Under the pieces are notes generated by a model. It worked only from the letters and a program-made list of their open reading frames with translations, did not search any database and was not told where the DNA came from. This document shows, one piece after another, positions 7,429-15,956 of a DNA stretch of 64,000 bases. How positions within the stretch are numbered: position 1 is the first letter of the stretch; each line of letters opens with the position of its first letter. Origin of the DNA: a virus; IMG/VR virus record IMGVR_UViG_2773857891_000002. One strand, given 5' to 3'. The position numbers and the translations under genes are program-made.

Positions 7429-8854
7429 TTTGCATCCTAGGGCGGTTGATTTTGAGGACGCGGATGAGGCTGTTGCTCTTGCTGGTGGGTATGGTTTGAC
7501 GCCTGACCCTTGGCAGGAGCATGTTGTGCGCGGTTGGATGGGGCGGCGTCGTGATGGCCGTCTGGCTGCTGGTCGTTGCGGTGTTGCTGTGCCTCGCCAA
7601 AATGGTAAGAACGGCACTGTCGAGATCACGCAGTTGCACAAGATGGTTATGCAGGGTCGAAAGATCCTTCACACTGCTCATGAGGTTAAGACAGCGCGTA
7701 AAGCGTTTTTGCGGTTGGCCTCGTTTTTTGAGAATGAGCGTAAGTACCCCGAACTTTACGAGCTTGCCAAGGGTGGTATTCGGAAGACGAACGGCCAGGA
7801 AGCGATTCTGCTGACCAATGGCGGGTCTTGTGAGTTCGTTGCTCGTTCTCGTGGTTCTGGTCGTGGGTACACGGTTGATGATTTGTTTTGTGATGAGGCG
7901 CAGGAACTCACGGATGAACAGCTTGAGGCGTTGCTTCCAACTATTGCTGCTGCCCCGTCTGGTGATCCTCAACAGTTTTATTTGGGGACTCCGCCTGGCC
8001 CTAATAGCGTGGGTGACGTTTTTGTTCGCGTGCGCCGTGAAGGTGTCGCAGGGAAGGACAAGCGTCTTTGCTGGGATGAATGGTCCATTCCTGATGAAAC
8101 TCACGCGGATGAGGCTTTAAAGCATTGGCGTGAATACGCGGCGGCGACTAACCCTGCTTTGGGTTTGCGTTTGAATATTACGACGGTTGAGGACGAGAAA
8201 AACGCGATGAGCCCTGATGGGTTTTGTCGTGAGCGTCTAGGACGTTGGGATTCAGCTGATGTGGGTTCTGCTGCTGTTGACTTTACGCAGTGGGGGCGCT
8301 TGAAGGTTTTAGCTCCTCCGTCAAGTGGCAAGAAAGTTTTCGCAGTTCGTTTCCCTGTTGATGGTTCTGGGGTTGGGTTATCTGCGGCTTTGAAACCTTC
8401 TCGTGGGTGCCCGCATGTGGAGGGTATCCGTTTTTCTACACCCTCTGAGGGGACGCAATGGCTGATTGACTGGCTTGTGGAGCGTTGGCGTTCCGCGTCG
8501 CAGATCATTGTGGACGGCAAGGGCGGTGCAGGGTATTTGGTTTCCGCGTTGCGTGATGCCGGTGTTCCTTCTCGTGTGATTTGGACCCCGAATGTTGGGC
8601 AAGTTATTGCCGCGCATTCTTTGATGGCTGAGTCGATTAGCTCTGGTTTGGTTTCGCATTCTGGGCAGCCCGAATTGGATGAGCAGGTTAGGGACGCGGG
8701 TAAGCGGAAGATCGGTAATGACGGCGGTTTTGGTTGGATGGCGCGCACGGATTCGGGTGTGGCGTTGTTTGAGGCTGCGACTTTGGCGTTGTGGGGTGTC
8801 CACGAGACTAAGCGTCGCCCATCAGGTGAGGGAAGCGGGGTGACTATTCTATGA
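7379..8854 (+). CDS. terL: Terminase large subunit (PA6/Pahexavirus-like)
   Basis: VPRQNGKN Walker A, HTAHE, RGYTVDDLFCDEAQEL Walker B. Confidence 0.96.
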   Translation: MSSKSAVNLGVQEPRISLHPRAVDFEDADEAVALAGGYGLTPDPWQEHVVRGWMGRRRDGRLAAGRCGVAVPRQNGKNGTVEITQLHKMVMQGRKILHTAHEVKTARKAFLRLASFFENERKYPELYELAKGGIRKTNGQEAILLTNGGSCEFVARSRGSGRGYTVDDLFCDEAQELTDEQLEALLPTIAAAPSGDPQQFYLGTPPGPNSVGDVFVRVRREGVAGKDKRLCWDEWSIPDETHADEALKHWREYAAATNPALGLRLNITTVEDEKNAMSPDGFCRERLGRWDSADVGSAAVDFTQWGRLKVLAPPSSGKKVFAVRFPVDGSGVGLSAALKPSRGCPHVEGIRFSTPSEGTQWLIDWLVERWRSASQIIVDGKGGAGYLVSALRDAGVPSRVIWTPNVGQVIAAHSLMAESISSGLVSHSGQPELDEQVRDAGKRKIGNDGGFGWMARTDSGVALFEAATLALWGVHETKRRPSGEGSGVTIL

Positions 8855-10272
8855 GCCTTGAATTGACGCATGTTCGTGCGATTGGGCTGTCTGATGATGA
8901 GGTGTTGACGCTTCGTCGGTTGTTGACTTTGTGGTCTCGGAAGCGGTTTAAGAACGCTTTGCTTGGTGTTTATTACGATGGGCATCGGGTGTTGCGGGAT
9001 TTGGGTATTTCTTTGCCGCCTGAGACTAGGAACATTCAGGCTGCTTTGGGGTGGCCTGCTAAGGCTGTGCAGTATTTGACTCGGAAGCATAAGTTTGAGG
9101 GCTTTTCTTTGAACGGTGAGGTTGACCCGTTTGATATGGGGGAAGTTTTTGAGCGTAATAATTTCGGTTTAGAGCTTCCGCAGGCGTTGAATTCGACGTA
9201 TAAGCAGGCTGTGTCGTTTATTTCTTCGACGCGGGGTGTTGATGGTGAGCCTGACGTGGTTTTGCAGGCTCGTGATGCCGAGTGGACTACGGCGTTGTGG
9301 GATAAACGCAGGCGTGAGATTAGTGCGGCATTGGCTATTGTTGATACTGACGAGAATGACCAGCCGTGTGAGGCGGTTTTTTACACCCGTGATGCGGTGT
9401 TGAATATCCGGCGTGAGTGGGGTGTGTGGAAGGTTGACCGTCAGCCTAATCGCACTGGGCGTGTTTTGGTTGAGCCTTTCATTAATGACCCGCAGATTTC
9501 GCGTCCGTTTGGTTATTCGCGTATTACTCGCGAGGTTCGCTATTTGACTGATGCGGCGTTGCGTACGTTGGTTCGTACTGAGGTGTCGGCAGAGTTTTTC
9601 GCGTCCCCGCAAAGGTATGTTTTGGGTGCGAAAGAGGGCGCGTTTTCCGGCGATAATCGTTGGTCTGCCGTCATGTCTAGGTTGTTGGCTTTGGACGTGA
9701 ACGAGGAAGGTGAGAAACCCTCTGTTGGCCAGTTCCAGCAGATGACGATGTCACCTCACCTCGAGCATTACAGGCAGCTTGCGCAGAATTTCTGCGCGGC
9801 GACGGATTTGCCACAGTCGTCGGTTGGCTTGTTCTCGGAAACTCCAGCTTCGGCTGAGGCTATGGAGGCTTCGGAGGCGCGCTTGTCTGAGACCGCCGAG
9901 TACCAGTGGCGCGTTTTCCGGCACCCGCTGAAACGCCTCGCACAGAATGTCGTGATGCTCCGGGACAACCTTTCTTCTCCACCTCCTGAGATGTGGAAGC
10001 TGGATGTGAAGTGGACGCCATGCCGGTATGTCTCTCCGCAGGCTGCGGCTGATTTCACGGTGAAAGCCGTGGCTGCAGTGCCGAAGATCGGTGAGACGAC
10101 GGAGGCCCTGCGTGGCCTTGGGTTCACGACGACGCAGATTGAGGGCATGCAAGCTGAGTGGCGGCGATCTTCTGGCGCGTCGGTACTTGAGCGTGTTCTG
10201 GCTGCTCGCGGTGATTCCCCTGCCGCGTTGGTTGGGTCTGGTCAGGTGAGCAGCGATGACGACGAGGGCTGA
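8851..10272 (+). CDS. Portal protein
   Basis: Follows TerL; 473 aa; RPFGYSRIT..EFFASPQR motifs of actinophage portals. Confidence 0.92.
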   Translation: MSLELTHVRAIGLSDDEVLTLRRLLTLWSRKRFKNALLGVYYDGHRVLRDLGISLPPETRNIQAALGWPAKAVQYLTRKHKFEGFSLNGEVDPFDMGEVFERNNFGLELPQALNSTYKQAVSFISSTRGVDGEPDVVLQARDAEWTTALWDKRRREISAALAIVDTDENDQPCEAVFYTRDAVLNIRREWGVWKVDRQPNRTGRVLVEPFINDPQISRPFGYSRITREVRYLTDAALRTLVRTEVSAEFFASPQRYVLGAKEGAFSGDNRWSAVMSRLLALDVNEEGEKPSVGQFQQMTMSPHLEHYRQLAQNFCAATDLPQSSVGLFSETPASAEAMEASEARLSETAEYQWRVFRHPLKRLAQNVVMLRDNLSSPPPEMWKLDVKWTPCRYVSPQAAADFTVKAVAAVPKIGETTEALRGLGFTTTQIEGMQAEWRRSSGASVLERVLAARGDSPAALVGSGQVSSDDDEG

Positions 10273-11005
10273 TGTCGTCAGGCTGTCGTCGGCGTCTAGG
10301 GCGATTGTGGACATGGCGAAGGAAGACCTAGCCGGACTCATAGCTGGCCTAGATTTCACTAGGCCGGAGGTCGTGCGAGACGCACTGCTAGAGGTTGTCC
10401 CCGTGCTGGTACGCGAGTACGGGGACGTCGCGGCTGTTGCCGCTGCCGAATGGTATGAGGAGACGCGCGCCGCCCAGGTGCCCGGTAGGTTCGTTGCGGT
10501 TCCTGCTGCTGCGGTTGATCCTGCCCAGGTTGAGGCTACTGTGCGGTGGGCTGCTGGAGGGCTGTTCACGGAGGACGCTGCCGGGGTCCTTGCCCGTCTT
10601 GAGGGGGCTATGCAGAGGTATATCACCTACTCCGCGCGGGAAACTGTGCGGGGAAGCGTCGCCGCCGATCCTGCCCGCCCGCGGTTCGCGCGGGTGCCTT
10701 CCGGCCCGAAAACCTGCGCATGGTGCACGATGCTCGCGTCTCGGGGTTTCGTGTACAGGTCGGAAGAATCCGCTGGTGATTTAGGGCGGGGTTTTGGTGA
10801 GGACTTTCATGACGATTGCGACTGCCAGGTGGTCCCTGAATGGGACGCCGCCGCCCACCACATCGACGGGTATGACCCAGACCAGCTATACGACCTTTAC
10901 CAGAAAGCTAGGAAAGAAGCAGGTTCCGGCGATCTGACCGAGATAACTGCTGCTGCCCGCCGCCTGGAGCCTGACCGGTTCACGGACGGTGTACACACAG
11001 ACTAG
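10256..11005 (+). CDS. Head morphogenesis protein (MuF-like / capsid maturation)
   Basis: TCAWCTMLASRG...HDDCDC motif; lies after portal. Confidence 0.8.
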   Translation: MTTRADVVRLSSASRAIVDMAKEDLAGLIAGLDFTRPEVVRDALLEVVPVLVREYGDVAAVAAAEWYEETRAAQVPGRFVAVPAAAVDPAQVEATVRWAAGGLFTEDAAGVLARLEGAMQRYITYSARETVRGSVAADPARPRFARVPSGPKTCAWCTMLASRGFVYRSEESAGDLGRGFGEDFHDDCDCQVVPEWDAAAHHIDGYDPDQLYDLYQKARKEAGSGDLTEITAAARRLEPDRFTDGVHTD

Positions 11006-11034
11006 CCCTTCACCGACTGGTGGAGGGTTTTCTT
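11006..11034 (+). terminator. Terminator-like hairpin
   Basis: CCCTTCACC-gact-GGTGGAGGG followed by TTTTCTT. Confidence 0.6.
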
Positions 11035-11100
11035 ATACCCATTTCCCCTTTCACAGCCGCACGGCGTTTTTGAGGGGTGTCCCGCACGGGAGGAAAACAT

Positions 11101-11535
11101 ATGAGCGATCAAACCGGTGACCAGGAAACGCCTGCACAGGCGAAGGAAATCGATTGGAAAGCGGAAGCCCGTAAATGGGAGACGCGCGCTAAGGAGAACT
11201 TTGACGCGCTGGCTTCTAAGGAATCCGCTATTCAAGAATTGACCGCGAAAAACGAGGCCCTGACCGGCAAGGTGAAGGACCTCGAAACGGTTATTTCTGA
11301 GGGTGAGAAAGAGAAAGCTTTCGCTCAAACCCTCGCAGAAGTAGCCGAGGCTACCGGTGTCCCTGCTGCTGCTCTGCGCGGTTCCACGCGTGAAGAGCTC
11401 GAAGCGCACGCAGAGACACTTAAGCCTTTTGTTACCCCTTCTGGGCCGGTCGCGCCCAAAGCGGGAGACGCCCCGGAAAAAACTTCTGGTGGCGAAGAAA
11501 TTGAGTTCGTTCGCGGGCTCTTTGGGCGTGAATAG
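11101..11535 (+). CDS. Capsid scaffolding protein
   Basis: DWKAEARKWETRAK coiled coil; GVPAAALRGSTREEL; precedes capsid gene. Confidence 0.88.
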   Translation: MSDQTGDQETPAQAKEIDWKAEARKWETRAKENFDALASKESAIQELTAKNEALTGKVKDLETVISEGEKEKAFAQTLAEVAEATGVPAAALRGSTREELEAHAETLKPFVTPSGPVAPKAGDAPEKTSGGEEIEFVRGLFGRE

Positions 11536-11546
11536 GAGATTCACTC

Positions 11547-12446
11547 ATGGCTGTTTTTACTACCTCTGGGATTACTATCCCCACTCAGTTCATTGATCCT
11601 TGGCTTGGGAAGGTCGCGAACGGTTCTACTGTTTCTGCGCTTTCTGGTGCTATCCCGATGCAGTTTGGGCCTGGGGAGTCGATGACTTTTGACATTGGTG
11701 AAGCGGAATATGTTGGGGAGGGCGCGAATAAGTCTGGTTCGACGGTTACCCCGACTGTGAAAACCGTGAAGCCATTTAAATTCCAAAAGACTGTTCGCTG
11801 GACTAATGAGGTCATGTGGGCGGACGAGGATCACCAGCTGGGTGTGGTGCGGCAGGTGTTGGACGCGATCCAGCCTGCTCTTTCCCGTGCTCTGGATTTC
11901 GGTGTTTTCCACGGGATTAACCCGATGGATGGTACTGCGGTGGCGGCGATGGCTGAGAAGCTGTCGGACACTACTAACTCGGTTGAAGTTGCTACCGGGG
12001 ACAAGCCTTACGCGAACTTGGACGCGGCTGATGCTCTTGTGCTTGCGGACGGTTATGTGCCCCGTGATGTGGCTTTGGACCCGACTATGGCCGCGAAGTT
12101 CACGACTTTGCGTGGCACTAACTCGGAGCAGAAGCTTTACCCGAATTTCACTTTGGGTACTGCTGTTTCTGAGCTGGATGGGCACCGTGCGTCCGTGTCA
12201 AACACCGTCGGTGCGGTAGGCGTGGCTAGCACAGCGACAGACGTGCTTGGGTTCGTCGGTGACTTCTCCGGTATTCGGTGGGGTATTCAACGCAACATCG
12301 GCCTCAAGGTCATTGAATATGGTGACCCTGATGGTGCTGGTGACCTGCAGCGAAACAACCAGGTCGCGTTCCGTGCAGAGGTTGTTTACGGGTGGGGCAT
12401 CGCTGATCTTAACGCGTTCGCGAAGATTGTTGACGAGGTGGAGTGA
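11547..12446 (+). CDS. Major capsid protein (HK97 fold)
   Basis: 299 aa; YVGEG, EVMWADED, QRNNQVAFRAE. Confidence 0.93.
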   Translation: MAVFTTSGITIPTQFIDPWLGKVANGSTVSALSGAIPMQFGPGESMTFDIGEAEYVGEGANKSGSTVTPTVKTVKPFKFQKTVRWTNEVMWADEDHQLGVVRQVLDAIQPALSRALDFGVFHGINPMDGTAVAAMAEKLSDTTNSVEVATGDKPYANLDAADALVLADGYVPRDVALDPTMAAKFTTLRGTNSEQKLYPNFTLGTAVSELDGHRASVSNTVGAVGVASTATDVLGFVGDFSGIRWGIQRNIGLKVIEYGDPDGAGDLQRNNQVAFRAEVVYGWGIADLNAFAKIVDEVE

Positions 12447-12625
12447 TGGGGTTTGTCCGGGTGAAGAACCGGGCCAGTGGTGTTGTGGTGGCCGTCGCGT
12501 CTACTAAGGCGCGGCGGCTTCCCTCCACTGACTGGGTGCCGGTCGATGATGAGAAGCCTGAGCCAGTGCAGGTGAAGGATTCTGAGCCTGTGAAGCGGCG
12601 TGGGCGTCCACCGAAGGGCAAGTGA
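12446..12625 (+). CDS. small virion-associated protein
   Basis: Typical post-capsid ORF ending KRRGRPPK. Confidence 0.7.
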   Translation: MGFVRVKNRASGVVVAVASTKARRLPSTDWVPVDDEKPEPVQVKDSEPVKRRGRPPKGK

Positions 12626-12638
12626 ATAGGAGGAAGTC

Positions 12639-13046
12639 ATGGCTGACGTTTTACCCTTCCCGTTTGCCACCGTGGATGATTTGAAGTTGCGTTGGCCTGA
12701 CTTCCCTGTTGGTGGGGACTCGCATGCTGGCGTTCTGCTTGAGGACGCTTCGCAGTACATCTTGGATGTGTGTCCTACTGCTGGTGAGGTGTCTGAGTCT
12801 ACTAGGCGGCGTGTCGTCTGCAGTGTGGTTCGTCGGGCGATGGAGGTCGAGTCTGAGCTGGTTGGCGTGGAGTCGATGCAGATGGGGGCTGGGCCTTACC
12901 AGGAGACTAGGAAGGCGTTGAATCCTCACGGCGATTTTTACCTCACTAAGCAGGAGAAGCTTTCTCTAGGGTGTGGCGGTCAGAAGGCGTTCACGGTGGA
13001 CATGATGCCTGTCCGGCCTACGCCTGTTTACCCGTGGGAGGTGTGA
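12639..13046 (+). CDS. Head-to-tail adaptor
   Basis: FATVDDL..RW..LLEDAS; synteny. Confidence 0.85.
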   Translation: MADVLPFPFATVDDLKLRWPDFPVGGDSHAGVLLEDASQYILDVCPTAGEVSESTRRRVVCSVVRRAMEVESELVGVESMQMGAGPYQETRKALNPHGDFYLTKQEKLSLGCGGQKAFTVDMMPVRPTPVYPWEV

Positions 13047-13047
13047 C

Positions 13048-13383
13048 ATGCGCGGGGAAACGGTGGTGGTTCGCCGCCCAACAGCGGGCGGGGTTGACCC
13101 GTTTGGGTCACCGTCCGTGGTGTGGGTAGAAGAGGTTGTAGAGGATGTTCTGGTTGCGCCTGGGCCTAGGAATGATGCTGATGGGGCCATCCGCCCTGAC
13201 GGGAAAATCATTGCTTGGACTCTGCATTTCCCGAAGACGTTTGACCAGTCTTTGAAGGGGTGCGAGGTACGGGTGCGTGGAGAGGTTCCGCGCCCTGTCG
13301 TGGGAGACCCGAAACCGTACACGCTGGAGAACACGCCGACTCGTTGGTGGATGCCGGTGGAATTGGAGGGCGTCGATGGGTAG
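13048..13383 (+). CDS. Head-to-tail stopper
   Basis: GETVVVRR..DPFG; synteny. Confidence 0.8.
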   Translation: MRGETVVVRRPTAGGVDPFGSPSVVWVEEVVEDVLVAPGPRNDADGAIRPDGKIIAWTLHFPKTFDQSLKGCEVRVRGEVPRPVVGDPKPYTLENTPTRWWMPVELEGVDG

Positions 13384-13651
13384 TCGCGTGAAGGTGAAGA
13401 TGAATTCCGCTGGTGCTGCAAGGGTGATGAATTCGGCTGGTGTGCAGGCGAGGCTTTTAGCCCATGCGGAGAGTATGGCCGCTGCAGCTAATTCGATGCT
13501 GGATCCTGCCTCGGCTGGCGCGGGTCGTTTTGAGGCTGATGTGAAGCCCGGGAAGGTGCGTGCACACGCCCGCGTTACCGCTGCTGGGGTTTACCCTATT
13601 CGCCATAATTTGAAGCACAACACTTTATTGAAGGTTTTGGGAAATGGTTAA
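13376..13651 (+). CDS. Neck/tail completion protein
   Basis: Synteny; C-terminal HNTLLKVL. Confidence 0.75.
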   Translation: MGSRVKVKMNSAGAARVMNSAGVQARLLAHAESMAAAANSMLDPASAGAGRFEADVKPGKVRAHARVTAAGVYPIRHNLKHNTLLKVLGNG

Positions 13652-13991
13652 CATCGAGAGTTTAGTGATTTCCCATTTGAACACGGTGTTTGGTGCGGGT
13701 TTCGCTTTTGGTGACGTCCCGGCTGATAGGCCAACACGGTTTGCCACGGTTGAGCGCACGGGTGGCCCGTATTCAGAGCATCGTGATTTGCCTTTGCTCG
13801 TTGTGCAATGTTGGGAGTCGACAAGGCATGCTGCAAGCGAATTAGCGCTGACGGTTCGCGACGCTGTTAACGGCCTTTCTGCGCATCCGAATGTGGGGCG
13901 TGTGAGGGTCACGGCGTTGTATAACTTCCCGGATGGTCAGTCTGGTCATCCTCGGTATCAAATGACCGTGGAAATGGTCACCAAGGGGTGA
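13644..13991 (+). CDS. Tail terminator
   Basis: VERTGG motif; lies just before major tail gene. Confidence 0.82.
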   Translation: MVNIESLVISHLNTVFGAGFAFGDVPADRPTRFATVERTGGPYSEHRDLPLLVVQCWESTRHAASELALTVRDAVNGLSAHPNVGRVRVTALYNFPDGQSGHPRYQMTVEMVTKG

Positions 13992-14052
13992 ATAGCCTCA
14001 ACCTGTTTTGGTTTAAGTGGCGCGGCGCTGCTTTCCTGGAAGGGATTTTGAC

Positions 14053-14610
14053 ATGACTGATGCGACTAATGTTTCTGTGGGTAAGCCTAGTGCGGCTGGT
14101 GGTATTTTCGCTGGGGATACTTCGGTTGCGGCTCCGACTGACGCGACGACTGCTTTGCCTTCGGGTTTGTCGGGGTTGGGGTATGTGTCGGATGAGGGTT
14201 TGACGAACACAATTGAAATTGACACGACAGACATTATTGCGTGGGGTGGGGACAAAGTTCTCACTGTGCGCACGTCTCGCAGTGAATCGTTTACGTGGAC
14301 GTTTATTGAAACTAACGCCGCGGTGTTGGGTGAGGTTTACGGGCCTGATAACGTCACGGAATCTTCGGGTGATTTGACTGTTGTTCACAACAACAAGGAT
14401 TTGCCTGCACGGTTGTACGTCTTTGAGATTTTGCTGACTGGGAACAAAGTCAAAAGGATTGTTGTTCCTAACGGGCAAATCGTTGAGGTCGGGGACATTG
14501 TCTATGTGGACGGGGAACCCATCGGTTACCCTGTGACGCTTTCCTGCTACCCCGACTCTAGCGGGAACACCGTTTACGAGTACATTGCGAAAATCGTTTC
14601 CACGCCATAA
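14053..14610 (+). CDS. Major tail protein
   Basis: LGYVSDEGL, IIAWGGD, G(E)PIGYPVTLSCYPD motifs. Confidence 0.92.
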   Translation: MTDATNVSVGKPSAAGGIFAGDTSVAAPTDATTALPSGLSGLGYVSDEGLTNTIEIDTTDIIAWGGDKVLTVRTSRSESFTWTFIETNAAVLGEVYGPDNVTESSGDLTVVHNNKDLPARLYVFEILLTGNKVKRIVVPNGQIVEVGDIVYVDGEPIGYPVTLSCYPDSSGNTVYEYIAKIVSTP

Positions 14611-14624
14611 ACGGTTCTTTAGTT

Positions 14625-14665
14625 TGGGTGGTGTGGCTTTGGTGCCGCGCCCGCCACACCACCCA
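14625..14665 (+). terminator. Strong hairpin between major tail and chaperone genes
   Basis: TGGGTGGTGTGGC / GCCACACCACCCA, 13-bp stem. Confidence 0.65.
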
Positions 14666-14714
14666 TTAACCATTTTTTGCGCGGCAGTTCATTGATTTGT
14701 GGAAGGGGCGCGGC

Positions 14715-14996
14715 ATGCCTGCGAAGAAAAAGGAAACACCCGAAGAAGGCGCAAAGGTTATGGGCATTGAGGTTTCAGTGGATTCCGATGTGTTCGATGA
14801 CCTTGATGTCCTTGACGCCTTAGACGAATTGTCGTCAGGTAATGGTCTGGCTATCGGGCGGCTTTTCCGTAAGGTTTTGGGCGATCAGGCGGAGCGGGTT
14901 AGCCACGAGCTGCGGGACGCGAAAACTGGTCGTTTGCGGGTCACTAAGGTCGCGGAGTTCATGAAGGAGCTCATGGAGACTCTAGCCCCAAACTAA
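14715..14996 (+). CDS. Tail assembly chaperone (G)
   Basis: Follows major tail gene; ends at slippery site C CCA AAC TAA. Confidence 0.85.
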   Translation: MPAKKKETPEEGAKVMGIEVSVDSDVFDDLDVLDALDELSSGNGLAIGRLFRKVLGDQAERVSHELRDAKTGRLRVTKVAEFMKELMETLAPN

Positions 14997-15385
14997 CGCT
15001 GCTCGCAGTTCTACTACGTGATTACCGTGGGGAATTGCGGGCAGATTTTCAAGCCTATTACGGGCTTGATTTGGATGATCTGGGTGAAGGTTTGCGGGTT
15101 ATGCGGGCGGCTGATCTTGCCGCGCATTTACCTCGCGATTCGGTGACCTGGATGGCTGTGCATCCTGAAAATGCTTGGGGTGTGCAGGAGCATTTACTCG
15201 CGACCATTGCTGATACTTTGCGGTGGCTTGCGTGGGCGAAAAGCGAGGATGGGAAGCGGAACCGCAAGCGCCCGAAACCTATTCCTCGCCCTGGGGACTC
15301 TCAGGATGATAGAGGGCGTTTCTCTGGTGTGGAAAAAGCCGATTTGGATGAGGTTAAGCGTCTGTTGGCGTTGCCTCGACGGTGA
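14987..15385 (+). CDS. Tail assembly chaperone -1 frameshift extension (GT)
   Basis: The -1 frame from CCCAAAC (14987-14993) is open through 15385. Confidence 0.8.
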   Translation, partial: PKLTLLAVLLRDYRGELRADFQAYYGLDLDDLGEGLRVMRAADLAAHLPRDSVTWMAVHPENAWGVQEHLLATIADTLRWLAWAKSEDGKRNRKRPKPIPRPGDSQDDRGRFSGVEKADLDEVKRLLALPRR

Positions 15386-15392
15386 GGCAGGA

Positions 15393-15440
15393 AAGGGGGT
15401 GGAAGCGGCCGGTGCGGTTTGCTTTCACCCCCTTGTTTTT
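15393..15440. terminator. Bidirectional terminator bounding the lipoprotein moron
   Basis: AAGGGGGTGGAAGC / GCTTTCACCCCCTT stem with T-run. Confidence 0.7.
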
Positions 15441-15915
15441 ATTTGCACGCTGGGAGCGTTGCGAGTTTGTTTTTGTAGTGGTTTGAGTCCACACCGGAAG
15501 CGTCACGGATAACGACTACGGATAGGGCGTCAACTGTTGTGCAGGCGTGGTTGATAACCCAAGTTGCGGTTTGAGTGCGATCCTCGTCGGTCAGGGTTTC
15601 TTGCACATTAACCCTGATCGTTGTCGTGTTAAGTGCGTCAATCCCTGTTATTGGGTAGCCGGGGCTGGTTGGCCCCAATTCATCAAATGAGTTTACGACG
15701 TTGCTTTCAAGGACCGCGTTTGTTGTGTCCTGGGCGAGCGTATTTTCTTCCTGAATGGTTTCCGCCGGTTCAGGCTCCTTTGTTTCTTCGACCGGTTCGA
15801 CCGGTGTTTCTGTTGCAGTTTGAGCTTCAGCGTTTATCGGCATGTCCGGGATGGCACACCCCGTGAGGGTGAGCGCGGAGACAACGAAACCGGTAAGCAA
15901 AAGTCTTTTAGTCAT
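15439..15915 (-). CDS. Lipoprotein (moron), candidate superinfection exclusion protein
   Basis: Signal peptide with lipobox LTG-C20; Pro/Glu/Thr linker; opposite strand inside the tail operon. Confidence 0.8.
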   Translation of the reverse strand: MTKRLLLTGFVVSALTLTGCAIPDMPINAEAQTATETPVEPVEETKEPEPAETIQEENTLAQDTTNAVLESNVVNSFDELGPTSPGYPITGIDALNTTTIRVNVQETLTDEDRTQTATWVINHACTTVDALSVVVIRDASGVDSNHYKNKLATLPACK

Positions 15916-15956
15916 GAGGCCATTCTACAGGCCAAGTTAACCCCTGGGGAGGGCCT

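Noticed and set aside
8101-9090. Long antisense ORFs over structural genes (e.g. 8101-9090, 9751-10626, 21642-22484)
   Set aside because: Shadow frames of well-supported + strand genes in skewed, GC-rich DNA; no RBS or recognisable motifs.
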